DNA of 64,000 bases from Candidatus Delongbacteria bacterium (lineage in GTDB: Bacteria; UBA4055), in contig JAFGVM010000064.1 in the NCBI GenBank assembly GCA_016937995.1, positions 27,636 to 91,635 of the forward strand. The letters are read 5' to 3'. This document shows, one piece after another, positions 35,326-44,765 of this stretch; position 1 is the first letter of the stretch; every line of letters begins with the position of its first letter. Below the pieces are notes generated by a model, which saw nothing but the letters and a program-made list of their open reading frames with translations, was not told where the DNA came from and ran no database searches. The position numbers were made by a program, and so were the translations under genes.

Positions 35326-36921
35326 TTAAGTTCGTTCCAATATGTTTTCGTTAAGTACGTGAATATTTGAATAAAGTTGATATGCTCTCATTCCTTCGAT
35401 GTTCTCTAATATGTCATCAGGGATAAAACCGGGGTTCTTATCTTTAAATTCGATCACATCATTTTTTATTATATCCCGGTGATATTTCAGATAGTAATAA
35501 TCATGAGTTTCTGTATCAAAGCGGTTGGGAAAATTGACAGGCAGTTTTATTTTTCCCTGAATTATACTATTCAACTTTCGGATAATTCTATACTCCAGAT
35601 CCTGACATTTGTTGCTCAGTCCTATCTCTTTATTTCTAAAAATAGATGAGACATTATTAATATTTAGCAGTTTGGGATCAATTCTATTTAACAATCGGTT
35701 AACGATAGCTTTATATTTTCTGCTACTGTCAGGTAAGGACATGAAAAGATTCTCGATCCTGTGATCTAAAGGTGGAATGATAACATTTGTATATCTTCGC
35801 CAGACATTTACCAGACCGAACATGAACTTGGAGTTTCTTTCCCTTATATAGACATATTCATTGAAGCTTGATATAGTTCTGTTCAGTTTCCAGTCAGTAA
35901 ATAATTTTTCTAGATCAGAAATGATCTCATCAGTAATTTTCTGAGGGATCCGGTATTTACCTGAAGCATTAATTATGGTTTTATAGTAACTTGACTTTGT
36001 AAATTCATTGTTTAGTTCAGGGTCGCATGCATAGCCGAATATACCGTCGGCCAAAACACCCGAAATCAAATTTGAACCTTTAGGATCTACATCCGATAAG
36101 TAACTAAATAAATGACTATTTTGAACTCCAATAAAACCACCGGAAATTTCGGATAATTCAACAATATCTTTCATGTATTTATCTTCGGTCAATTTATGAA
36201 AAATATGTTTTTTCCTGTCATATCCTAGCAGATCTATCACTTTTTTTGCAGCTGCATTTTCGATGATATTTTTATTAAAACCATAAGTTACGAACTCGTT
36301 TATATATTTTTCTTTATCGAACAATGAAAGGAACAAACGGCTGTCAAATCCTCCGCTTACAGGGAAAAGATATTCCTTATATTCCAACTCCTTAAAATAT
36401 GATCTGATAGTATCGATCATTTCATCATAATTGTTCGCTGAGACTCCGGATATTTTTTCATAGTCATAATTGAAGTATCTAGATTCTTTTACAGAATTAT
36501 TTTCTATGTGTAATAAAGAACAGGCTTGTAAATATTTAACCTCTTGAAGCAAAGTTCTGTCAAGTAGAGTGTTTTCAAAAATAAAAAGCTCCCAAAATCC
36601 TATTTTGTCTTCAGTTGGGATAATTACATTTGAAGCAACATATTTATAGTTATTTGAAAATATTACCTGAGAACCGGTATTTGTGTAGAATACAGGTATT
36701 GAAGAAAAATGATCGGTGTATATACTTAAAGACCGTTCAGTGAATTCAATTTTTACTCCTCTGAATTTTGACATATCGGTAGCATTATCGAGTTCGTTCT
36801 TTAAATTTGTTATCAAGATCTCTGAGCTTGAAATTCTGTTTACAAATCCATTGATCTTTTTTTCGGTCAGTTGTATTTTGCTGTCACTGATATTGAATAT
36901 TAATAAAAAATCGTTTTTCAA
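35326..36921 (-). CDS. asparagine synthetase B-like amidotransferase (PP-loop ATP pyrophosphatase domain); the N-terminus lacks a Cys2 nucleophile
   Basis: A PP-loop SGGFDS is present (FPVSGGFDSRLFLSLF). The N-terminus is MKNDF... rather than MCG..., so the glutamine-hydrolysing domain is absent or inactive. Confidence 0.55.
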   Translation of the reverse strand: MKNDFLLIFNISDSKIQLTEKKINGFVNRISSSEILITNLKNELDNATDMSKFRGVKIEFTERSLSIYTDHFSSIPVFYTNTGSQVIFSNNYKYVASNVIIPTEDKIGFWELFIFENTLLDRTLLQEVKYLQACSLLHIENNSVKESRYFNYDYEKISGVSANNYDEMIDTIRSYFKELEYKEYLFPVSGGFDSRLFLSLFDKEKYINEFVTYGFNKNIIENAAAKKVIDLLGYDRKKHIFHKLTEDKYMKDIVELSEISGGFIGVQNSHLFSYLSDVDPKGSNLISGVLADGIFGYACDPELNNEFTKSSYYKTIINASGKYRIPQKITDEIISDLEKLFTDWKLNRTISSFNEYVYIRERNSKFMFGLVNVWRRYTNVIIPPLDHRIENLFMSLPDSSRKYKAIVNRLLNRIDPKLLNINNVSSIFRNKEIGLSNKCQDLEYRIIRKLNSIIQGKIKLPVNFPNRFDTETHDYYYLKYHRDIIKNDVIEFKDKNPGFIPDDILENIEGMRAYQLYSNIHVLNENILERT

Positions 36922-36933
36922 ATTTATCTATTC

Positions 36934-37422
36934 TTATATTTCTTTTATGATTTTCGCCGGTGTTCCGCCTATGATCACGTTATTCTCTGTGAAATCCTTG
37001 TTCACCACGGAGTTAGCAGCAACTATTATTCCTTTTCCAGTAATATTCACTCCTGCCAGGATCGTTGCTCCTGCACCTATCCAGCATTTTTCACCAATGA
37101 AAACAGGTTTGTCTATATGGTCTACCATACTACCGTCTTTTCTTTCATTCCAGCTGTCAGTATCGAGTCCGGTGGAAATTATCTTTACATGAGCAGAAAT
37201 AACAACATCATTAGAGATCGTAATTCCACCTGAACCGTTCAGATACGATCTATGATTTATAGCTACATTATCTCCAATACTGATCTTTTCAGGAGCTACC
37301 AGGTCAATAGGTCCATAGATCCTTATCTTATTTCCCTCAGGTATCCGTAAAAGTTTTTTATAGTAGAACAGTCTTAAATTGTTTCTTATTTCTAAGCATT
37401 TTGAGATCAATTTGAATATCAT
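36934..37422 (-). CDS. hexapeptide-repeat (LbH) acetyltransferase, WbbJ/maltose-O-acetyltransferase-like
   Basis: Imperfect tandem hexapeptides (IGDNVAINHRSYL..., IGEKCWIGAGATILAGVNITGKGIIVAANSVV). Confidence 0.7.
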   Translation of the reverse strand: MIFKLISKCLEIRNNLRLFYYKKLLRIPEGNKIRIYGPIDLVAPEKISIGDNVAINHRSYLNGSGGITISNDVVISAHVKIISTGLDTDSWNERKDGSMVDHIDKPVFIGEKCWIGAGATILAGVNITGKGIIVAANSVVNKDFTENNVIIGGTPAKIIKEI

Positions 37423-37481
37423 AAATCATTTCCTGAAATATTAGTATTGTTATACACTTTAAAATATAGCTGAACAGATCG

Positions 37482-38900
37482 TTAATATCCACTGTTTTTT
37501 AACGGCCAGTCATCAGTTCTGAAAGGGCTCAACGGAAGATCTTCAGAATTATAGACATTGCATTTTGGATCTGAACTCCATCCATACCTTACTGCAACAG
37601 GGTTATTAACATATTCGGAACTTAAGATAATATTTCCCCCTTCTAAATAAGCTTCAGCATCATAGAATATCCTGTTAACTGAAGCTATTTCAAATCCTGT
37701 GATATCGTCACCGATAAATTTTAAGCCGTCATATGTATTTACAAGATCTACAGTGATTTGTTCATTTTTTACGGTATGATCCCTGTATACTGGCCCCGAA
37801 TCAATTATTTTTTTGCTGTAAGTATTTTTTAATGCCAATAAAGATAATCTCCTCCCAACTTCCTGCTTATTTGCAGGATGGATATTGTCAGATTCACCGA
37901 TATCTATCGTTATGGCAATTCCTGTATTTACAGTATTTTCAGCTGCAAATTTCATTGATTCTCTCATCAAAGCCCAGTTGTAATCAATTTTGTAGTTCGG
38001 TAATTGAACAAAATAAAATGGTAAAGTCTCTTCATTCCAATTACTTCTCCAGTCATTTATCAAAACGGGAAGTTGAAACCGGTATTTATAGCAAGCTCCA
38101 TCAGTTCTGGTATTTCTTTCACCCTGATACCATATGAATCCTTTTATAGCAAACTCAGTAAAAGGAAAGATCATAGTATTAAAAATAGCAGAAGGGTAAT
38201 GTCTTTCCTCAAGATCAGAATATTGATGATTGTAAACATCCTCAATATATTGTTTTCCACCTTCAACTTTTATGTTTCCTTCCATAGATGTCCATGATTC
38301 GATCATTGAACTTCCGTAGGAGGAATTTATCAATCCAATGGGTATGTCTAAATTTTCATTCAGTTCTTTTCCGAAGAAATAAGCTGTTGCTGAAAAATCC
38401 TTAACATTTACAGGAGAGCAATACTCCCAGGTATCCAAGATCTCAGGTTCATCATTTAACTGAAGTTCATAGGATTGAGTTACAGTGAACAATCTAATAC
38501 AGGGGTTCTCGGATCTGCTGATCACGTCCTGACCATTTGTTGCAAAACTTGTGGATAGTACCATATTTGATTGCCCTGAGCAGAACCAGACATCACCAAT
38601 CAGTACATCTTCCAGATTTAAGATAATACCTTCTGATTCAAGTTCAAATAATACCGGTACTTTGGAAATTTTTAAGGGTTGAAATACAACACTCCATCTA
38701 TCATTATCATCGACTATTGTACTTTTTTCCTGATCACAAATCCTGACAATTACCTCATCACCCTGATCACCATATCCCCAAACTTTGATATCCTTATCTC
38801 TTTGAAGTATCATTTTATCCCTGAAAATACCTGATAAATAAGCCTCAGAGTAAAGTTGAGATATCAGGGAAATAAATATTATTGACAGAATTATTTTCAT
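37482..38900 (-). CDS. secreted sialate O-acetylesterase-family (carbohydrate esterase, GQSNM motif) protein
   Basis: Signal peptide, the hallmark block VWFCSGQSNMV and a size of 472 aa. Confidence 0.55.
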   Translation of the reverse strand: MKIILSIIFISLISQLYSEAYLSGIFRDKMILQRDKDIKVWGYGDQGDEVIVRICDQEKSTIVDDNDRWSVVFQPLKISKVPVLFELESEGIILNLEDVLIGDVWFCSGQSNMVLSTSFATNGQDVISRSENPCIRLFTVTQSYELQLNDEPEILDTWEYCSPVNVKDFSATAYFFGKELNENLDIPIGLINSSYGSSMIESWTSMEGNIKVEGGKQYIEDVYNHQYSDLEERHYPSAIFNTMIFPFTEFAIKGFIWYQGERNTRTDGACYKYRFQLPVLINDWRSNWNEETLPFYFVQLPNYKIDYNWALMRESMKFAAENTVNTGIAITIDIGESDNIHPANKQEVGRRLSLLALKNTYSKKIIDSGPVYRDHTVKNEQITVDLVNTYDGLKFIGDDITGFEIASVNRIFYDAEAYLEGGNIILSSEYVNNPVAVRYGWSSDPKCNVYNSEDLPLSPFRTDDWPLKNSGY

Positions 38901-39008
38901 GTTTTAACGAATTAAGTTTTCCTGTTGACATTTTTATAACCTTAATGTAATTTGATTTGTTCCAAAAAACAAGAAACCGTTAAAATAAAAAAAACATGGA
39001 GAACATCT

Positions 39009-39542
39009 ATGAAGAAAATCATTATTCTTGCTGTCGTTTTAGCAATTGTCAGCAGTTATGCTCAAAGATTGAAATGTATCACCACTATGTACGATAGTCC
39101 CAAAAAAGAAACTGTGATCTATGCTACATTCACTGATGGAAGTGTTTATTCAAGAGGCAGTGCTGATCAAAAATGGGATAAAGTGAGTATGGATGGAGTT
39201 CCTAAGGGAACCCGCTTCAAAGAGCTTACTGTAACTTATATCAACGGGGTTGCAGTTCTTTACGCACTTTCATACAAAGATGACATTTATTCTAGGATCA
39301 GTACTCAGGAAAAATGGGGTGTTATAGAGAAGAATGGTCTTCCTGCCGGAAGATTAGAGAATATTTCGGCTACAACAGCTGATAATGTTCTTGTTACTTA
39401 CGCAACTTATCCGAACGGAGATATATACTACAGAACAAACAAAGAAAAAGTTTGGATTAAAATTAACACAGATGGCTTACCAACAGATAAGAAAAAACCT
39501 GCTAAACCGATGAAACCCAAGAAACCTGTTAAGAACTTTTAA
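39009..39542 (+). CDS. secreted protein with three tandem repeats of about 45 aa and a Lys/Pro-rich basic tail (start moved to the internal ATG that has a GGAGAA Shine-Dalgarno)
   Basis: Signal peptide MKKIIILAVVLAIVSSYA. The repeats are YATFTDGSVYSRGSADQKWDKVSMDGVPKG, YALSYKDDIYSRISTQEKWGVIEKNGLPAG and YATYPNGDIYYRTNKEKVWIKINTDGLPTD. The tail is KKKPAKPMKPKKPVKNF. Confidence 0.5.
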   Translation: MKKIIILAVVLAIVSSYAQRLKCITTMYDSPKKETVIYATFTDGSVYSRGSADQKWDKVSMDGVPKGTRFKELTVTYINGVAVLYALSYKDDIYSRISTQEKWGVIEKNGLPAGRLENISATTADNVLVTYATYPNGDIYYRTNKEKVWIKINTDGLPTDKKKPAKPMKPKKPVKNF

Positions 39543-39556
39543 TGATTTTGTTGAAA

Positions 39557-39597
39557 TAAAAAAAGGATAGCTGTTGCTATCCTTTTTCTTTTTTTGA
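39557..39597. terminator. bidirectional intrinsic terminator (AGGATAGC-TGTT-GCTATCCT flanked by A7 and T-rich runs)
   Basis: A perfect 8-bp stem. T-runs follow on both strands, and the element lies between convergent genes 39009..39542 (+) and wzx (-). Confidence 0.6.
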
Positions 39598-40890
39598 TTA
39601 TAATTTTTTTGAGAACTGATACCACAGATCTGAAATTTCTTTTCGTTCAATAACAAATATCGATCTTACTGTGAATTTTTCTTTAATAACATACATCAGT
39701 ATATAAGACAATCCAAATATTGAGTATGAAGCAGTAGAAGCCCATGCAGCACCATTGATACCCAATACAGGGATAAGATATATATTCAGCACAAAATTGA
39801 CCGACAGTACAAGAAAAGCTGTTGCAAGATGAATGAACGGTTTTCCCTTGATAACAAAATAATGACTTCCTACTTTTCCAAATGTAAGAAAAAGAATACC
39901 GATCAGAAGTATTTTAACAACTTCAACTGAATCCTGATATTTTGCACCGTAAAGAATTTCAGAAGAAATTAAATTTACTCCAAAATATACCGGAATACTT
40001 ATCAATAACGTAATATAAAGCGAAAATTTCAAAGTTTTTGCTGTTAACATTCTGTATTCAGAACTATTAACGTCAAGATTATACAGTCTGGCTCTCAATG
40101 GATTTATTACGCTCATTGGTACCAACAGTATCATTTCAGCAATTCCAACACCGACTGAGTATAGACCGAGAGAGGTATCGTCGATATAGAATTTTATAAG
40201 CCACTGGTCCATTCTGTAGTTCAGATAGATAAAGAGTGCACCGAAATATACGACTATTCCATAGCTGATCTCTTCCAGAATTATCCTGAGATCGAACAGG
40301 AATTTGAATTTAATATTGATACTTTTTTTCATCATTATACAGCTGATGACACTTTTAAGAGAGAATACTATTAGGTAAGTTGTTACATTAAGATTTCCAG
40401 TAAGCCACAAAACGATGTATATAAAAATGATTAAGAATGAAGAATACAATGTGATCTTGTTCACTTGAATAATTTTCTCTTTACTTACGAACGTAGCATA
40501 TAGGAGATTATTTAGGAAAGTAAAAAATATTAGAGCAATGGAAGCTAAAGTGATTATTAGAAAACTATAGTCATTAAAAATTATACCGAAATATTTTAAT
40601 ATTACAAGAGTACCGGATATTAAGAATGAAATGATAAAAAGAAATGTAAAGTTAACTTTGAAGATCTGTTCAAGAGAGTGTTTTGATTTTCTCTGAAAAT
40701 AAGAAGTGGCATCAATTATTCCGATATGACCGAATTGAGCAAAGGCTGATAATGTCAGGATTAAAAATTTTGCATATCCAAGTTCTTTCGGTCCAAGACT
40801 TTTTGCTATTATCACACTCGTGAAAAAAGCCAGAAAGATATTTATTATCTTTGTGATAAAATCGAAAGATATATTTTTTTTATAACTCAT
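39598..40890 (-). CDS. polysaccharide flippase (Wzx, MOP superfamily)
   Basis: 430 aa with about 12 transmembrane helices in a polysaccharide locus, with Wzx-like topology. Confidence 0.6.
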   Translation of the reverse strand: MSYKKNISFDFITKIINIFLAFFTSVIIAKSLGPKELGYAKFLILTLSAFAQFGHIGIIDATSYFQRKSKHSLEQIFKVNFTFLFIISFLISGTLVILKYFGIIFNDYSFLIITLASIALIFFTFLNNLLYATFVSKEKIIQVNKITLYSSFLIIFIYIVLWLTGNLNVTTYLIVFSLKSVISCIMMKKSINIKFKFLFDLRIILEEISYGIVVYFGALFIYLNYRMDQWLIKFYIDDTSLGLYSVGVGIAEMILLVPMSVINPLRARLYNLDVNSSEYRMLTAKTLKFSLYITLLISIPVYFGVNLISSEILYGAKYQDSVEVVKILLIGILFLTFGKVGSHYFVIKGKPFIHLATAFLVLSVNFVLNIYLIPVLGINGAAWASTASYSIFGLSYILMYVIKEKFTVRSIFVIERKEISDLWYQFSKKL

Positions 40891-40901
40891 CTATATACAG
40901 G

Positions 40902-41381
40902 CTATTTAATGAATTTCTTTTTTAATCTTTCAACTACGATATGTGGGACAAAGTTCTTAATGTCAGCATTAAAGTTCGCAATTCCTTTTATGATGGATGA
41001 ATTGATGAAAGAATATTCGTTCTTTGGCATCAGGAAAACAGTTTCTATCTTTTCATCGAGCCTTCTGTTCATGATCGCCATTTGAAGTTCGTATTCAAAA
41101 TCCGCAAAAGCTCTTACACCTCTGACTAATATATTGATATCATGTTTTTTTGCATATTCAACAGTAAGTTCCGAATTTGAATCCACGGTGACATTGGAAA
41201 GATGTTTTACTGATTCAGTTATCATTTCGATCCTTTCATCCACGTCAAATAAAGGTTTTTTATGCGAATTTTCACCAACAAGTACAACAAGTTTACCGAA
41301 CATTCTGGATGCTCTTTCGATCAGGTCCAAGTGACCGTTAGTGATAGGATCGAACGTTCCCGGATATATTGCAGTTTTCAT
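40902..41381 (-). CDS. coaD: phosphopantetheine adenylyltransferase
   Basis: N-terminal MKTAIYPGTFDPITNGHLDLIERA (T/HxGH nucleotidyltransferase motif), 159 aa. Confidence 0.9.
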   Translation of the reverse strand: MKTAIYPGTFDPITNGHLDLIERASRMFGKLVVLVGENSHKKPLFDVDERIEMITESVKHLSNVTVDSNSELTVEYAKKHDINILVRGVRAFADFEYELQMAIMNRRLDEKIETVFLMPKNEYSFINSSIIKGIANFNADIKNFVPHIVVERLKKKFIK

Positions 41382-41546
41382 TTAAACCTCTCAGATAAAT
41401 TACTTCATTTCTCAAGATACAATTGAATTATAAAGAATTTAGTGGAAGATTACACTTAAAATTTTAACAATTTAAAAGATATATTTATAAAATAATAATT
41501 TGACTAAAAGATAAACGGTCATTATTTTTCGACCATAAATTACAAT

Positions 41547-41568
41547 ATCTATATAATTGAATATAGAT
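41547..41568. promoter_or_regulatory. inverted repeat ATCTATAT-AATTGA-ATATAGAT about 45 bp upstream of rnfC
   Basis: 8-bp perfect arms with a 6-nt spacer in the 230-bp rnf upstream region. This is a candidate operator. Confidence 0.3.
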
Positions 41569-41611
41569 GAGATAGGTGAAACTATACTTATGAAATAATA
41601 TAAATTGGAGA

Positions 41612-42937
41612 ATGTCGATGAAATACACTTTTAAAGGTGGATATCACCCTCCTGACGGGAAAGAATTCTCAGAGAAGAAGTCAATTGAAAAGATGCCACT
41701 ACCAAAGACCGTGGCAATTCATCTGCACCAACATATCGGTGCTCCTTCAAAAGCTATCGTAGCAATTGGGGATGAAGTAAAAGTAGGTCAGCCATTGAGT
41801 GAGGCAGGTGGATTTGTATCAATTCCTGTTCATGCTTCTATCTCAGGAAAAGTAAAAGCCATTGCAAAGATAACAGATGCAGGTGGCAATAAAAGTGATG
41901 CGGTCATCATTGAAAGTGATGAAAAAGATGAAATGTTCGAAGGTGTAGGGATTAAAGTTGATTATGATAACTTCACTGCTGACGAGATAAAGAAAAAAAT
42001 AGCTGCTTGCGGTATCGCAGGAATGGGTGGTGCCAGATTTCCTACCCACGTTAAGCTTTCACCACCGGCTGACAAGAAAATCGATTATATCATTCTTAAT
42101 GGTGTTGAATGTGAACCATATCTTACGGCTGATGACAGATTAATGCAGGAAAGTCCGGAAACTATCATAGAAGGTCTTAAGTTGATGATGAAAACCGTAA
42201 ATGCATCGAACGGTATCATCGGTATTGAAAAAAACAAGCCTGATTCAATAAAGATCATGACTGATAAAACTTCGTCAATAGATAATATCAAAGTTATTGA
42301 TCTTGAAGTGAAATATCCTCAGGGTGGAGAAAAACAGTTGATCTATGCTGCTATCAAGAAAGAAGTTCCGTCCGGTGGTCTTCCAATGGATGTTGGAGTA
42401 GTAGTTTCAAATGTAGGGACTGCAAATGCAGTATATGAAGCTGTTGCCTTAAATAAACCTTTCTATGAAAGAGTTGTTTCTGTAACTGGTGAATCTATTA
42501 AAGATCCAAAGAATGTTCTCGCTAGAATAGGTACACCATCTTCTGAACTTATTGAGTTTGCAGGTGGATTGAAGGAAGACATTTATAAAGTTGTAAATGG
42601 TGGACCTATGATGGGTGCTGCAATGTATGAAATGGAAGCACCTGTTCATAAGGGAACTTCGGGAATTCTTTGCCTGAGTAAAGAAAATGCAAAAGTATTT
42701 ACAGAACTTGCATGTATCAGCTGTGGTAAATGTGTTTCGGTCTGTCCTTTAAAACTTTTGCCTACTGACATTCAGCTTAATATTCAGCACGGTAAATATG
42801 AAGAATCTGAGAAACTGGGATTGTTAGACTGTATGTTATGTGGAACATGCGCGTATGTTTGTCCGTCAAAAAGAAATCTAGTTCACTGGTTCAATGTTGG
42901 AAAAGCAAAAATAGCAGAAATGAAAAGAAAAGCTTAA
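41612..42937 (+). CDS. rnfC: Rnf electron transport complex subunit C
   Basis: NADH/FMN-binding region (CGIAGMGGARFPTHVKL) and two C-terminal 4Fe-4S motifs (CISCGKCVSVCP, CMLCGTCAYVCP). Confidence 0.85.
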   Translation: MSMKYTFKGGYHPPDGKEFSEKKSIEKMPLPKTVAIHLHQHIGAPSKAIVAIGDEVKVGQPLSEAGGFVSIPVHASISGKVKAIAKITDAGGNKSDAVIIESDEKDEMFEGVGIKVDYDNFTADEIKKKIAACGIAGMGGARFPTHVKLSPPADKKIDYIILNGVECEPYLTADDRLMQESPETIIEGLKLMMKTVNASNGIIGIEKNKPDSIKIMTDKTSSIDNIKVIDLEVKYPQGGEKQLIYAAIKKEVPSGGLPMDVGVVVSNVGTANAVYEAVALNKPFYERVVSVTGESIKDPKNVLARIGTPSSELIEFAGGLKEDIYKVVNGGPMMGAAMYEMEAPVHKGTSGILCLSKENAKVFTELACISCGKCVSVCPLKLLPTDIQLNIQHGKYEESEKLGLLDCMLCGTCAYVCPSKRNLVHWFNVGKAKIAEMKRKA

Positions 42938-42967
42938 TTAAAACTATTAAAATAAAAAGGTAAATAA

Positions 42968-43999
42968 ATGGATAAAATGTTAATTGTATCGGCTAATCCC
43001 CATATAAGAAGCAAAGCATCCGTGACCAAAATAATGCATATGGTAAATCTTTCATTGTTGCCGGCATTATTCATGTCTTACTATTACTTTGGTTTCAGAG
43101 CGATATTTTTGACTTTGGTCAGTGTTGTTTCAGCTGTTGTAACGGAAGCTGCAATTCAGAAATTCAGAAAAGTACCTGTGACAGTGTCTGACGGAAGTGC
43201 TATTCTTACCGGGATCCTTCTTGCATTCAATGTTCCTGCTTATATTCCATGGTGGATAGTTATGCTTGGATCATTTTTTGCGATAGCAATTGCAAAACAG
43301 GCATTCGGTGGTCTCGGTTTCAATATCTTCAACCCAGCTTTGATCGGAAGGGCTTTCATGCTTGCATCATGGCCGGTTGAAATGACATCAAATAAATTCT
43401 GGGCAAATCCAGTAGCGAGTTTTGGAGCTAAAACAGGTCAGACAATGGATGCAATTTCTTCAGCAACTCCACTTAATCTCGTAAAGACAGCATTAAAAGC
43501 TGATCCTACGCAAATCACCTGTGATATTCTTAGCAAAGCGAATGATGCAGGATATGCAGGAGCGACTTACTGGGATCTGTTTGTGGGTAATGTTTCAGGA
43601 TGTATCGGGGAAACTTCATTCCTTGCATTACTGATCGGAGTAATTTTCTTAATGATCTTAGGTCTTGTGAACTGGAGAGTACCTTTCTTCTACATAGGCG
43701 GAGTATTTGTATTCACATGGTTACTGGGATATGATCCTGTATTCCATATACTGGCAGGTGGACTTGCATTAGGAGCATTCTATATGGCTACTGATATGGT
43801 AACCTCACCTATATCGAACAAAGGAAATATAATTTTTGCAATAGGTCTTGCATTTTTCACGGTAGCAATAAGGATCTGGGGTGGATATCCTGAAGGTGTA
43901 TCATATTCGATACTGCTTATGAACTGTGCAGTGCCATTGATAAATAAATTCACAGTACCTAAAAAATTCGGGTGCGTTAAACCGGTAAAAGCTAACTAA
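42968..43999 (+). CDS. rnfD: Rnf complex subunit D (NqrB-like membrane subunit)
   Basis: A polytopic membrane protein with a conserved FMN-attachment region (TDMVTSP, Thr-containing motif); gene order is rnfC-D. Confidence 0.8.
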   Translation: MDKMLIVSANPHIRSKASVTKIMHMVNLSLLPALFMSYYYFGFRAIFLTLVSVVSAVVTEAAIQKFRKVPVTVSDGSAILTGILLAFNVPAYIPWWIVMLGSFFAIAIAKQAFGGLGFNIFNPALIGRAFMLASWPVEMTSNKFWANPVASFGAKTGQTMDAISSATPLNLVKTALKADPTQITCDILSKANDAGYAGATYWDLFVGNVSGCIGETSFLALLIGVIFLMILGLVNWRVPFFYIGGVFVFTWLLGYDPVFHILAGGLALGAFYMATDMVTSPISNKGNIIFAIGLAFFTVAIRIWGGYPEGVSYSILLMNCAVPLINKFTVPKKFGCVKPVKAN

Positions 44000-44009
44000 A
44001 GGAGCAGTA

Positions 44010-44765
44010 ATGGGAAACATTATAAAATTATCATCCATTCTCTTTTTTGTTGCGGGAATCGCAGCAGGCAGTTTAGCTTTTTACAACAGCTTTACTAAGC
44101 CTGAAATAGCGAAACTGAAGGCTGAGAATGAAACAAAAGCAAGGGGTTATGTTCTTCAGGGATTAATTCCTGATGATCAGATACCTGGACTGATATATGA
44201 AGAAGGGCAAATTGAAATTAACGGAATGAAGGAAAAGTTCTGGAAAGTCAAAACTCCAGGTTCAAACCAGTACAAAGCTCTGGTATTTCTGGCAAAAGGT
44301 CAGGGATTTTCAGGAGTTGTCGAGACAATGGTAGCTACCGACATGAACTTCAAGATAAACGGAATTAAAGTTCTGAAACATACTGAAACACCCGGACTGG
44401 GTGCTGAAGCTCAAACTGTAAAGTACGGAGATACAAAACCGTTTTTTGAAGGGTGGTTCAAAGAGAAGAACTCTTTAAATGTTATTGTTGAAAAAGATGA
44501 TCCGAATTCTGCCGATAAAGTTCAGTCAATTACCGGAGCAACTATAACAACAAGGGCAGTATGTAACAGTATCAACAAATATGCTGAATTAGTTAAGAAG
44601 CAAATGGGAGCTGTACAGGGACAGATCGTTATTGATCAGTCAAAAGTAGTTTCAGTAGACAGAGAAGCGATCATGAAAGCCAGGGCTGAAGCGGCAGCAA
44701 AGGCCGAAGCAGAAAAAGATACTACTGTTACGGAAGATACTCCAGAAGGAGGTAAAGATGAATAA
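44010..44765 (+). CDS. rnfG: Rnf complex subunit G (FMN-binding)
   Basis: An N-terminal transmembrane anchor and the FMN_bind motif SITGATITTRAV. Confidence 0.8.
   Translation: MGNIIKLSSILFFVAGIAAGSLAFYNSFTKPEIAKLKAENETKARGYVLQGLIPDDQIPGLIYEEGQIEINGMKEKFWKVKTPGSNQYKALVFLAKGQGFSGVVETMVATDMNFKINGIKVLKHTETPGLGAEAQTVKYGDTKPFFEGWFKEKNSLNVIVEKDDPNSADKVQSITGATITTRAVCNSINKYAELVKKQMGAVQGQIVIDQSKVVSVDREAIMKARAEAAAKAEAEKDTTVTEDTPEGGKDE

Noticed and set aside
26730-40890. Polysaccharide locus as a horizontally acquired genomic island
   Set aside because: No flanking tRNA, integrase or direct repeats, and codon and AT content look similar to neighbouring core genes by eye. It is still probably a variable region, but it cannot be called an island from this sequence alone.
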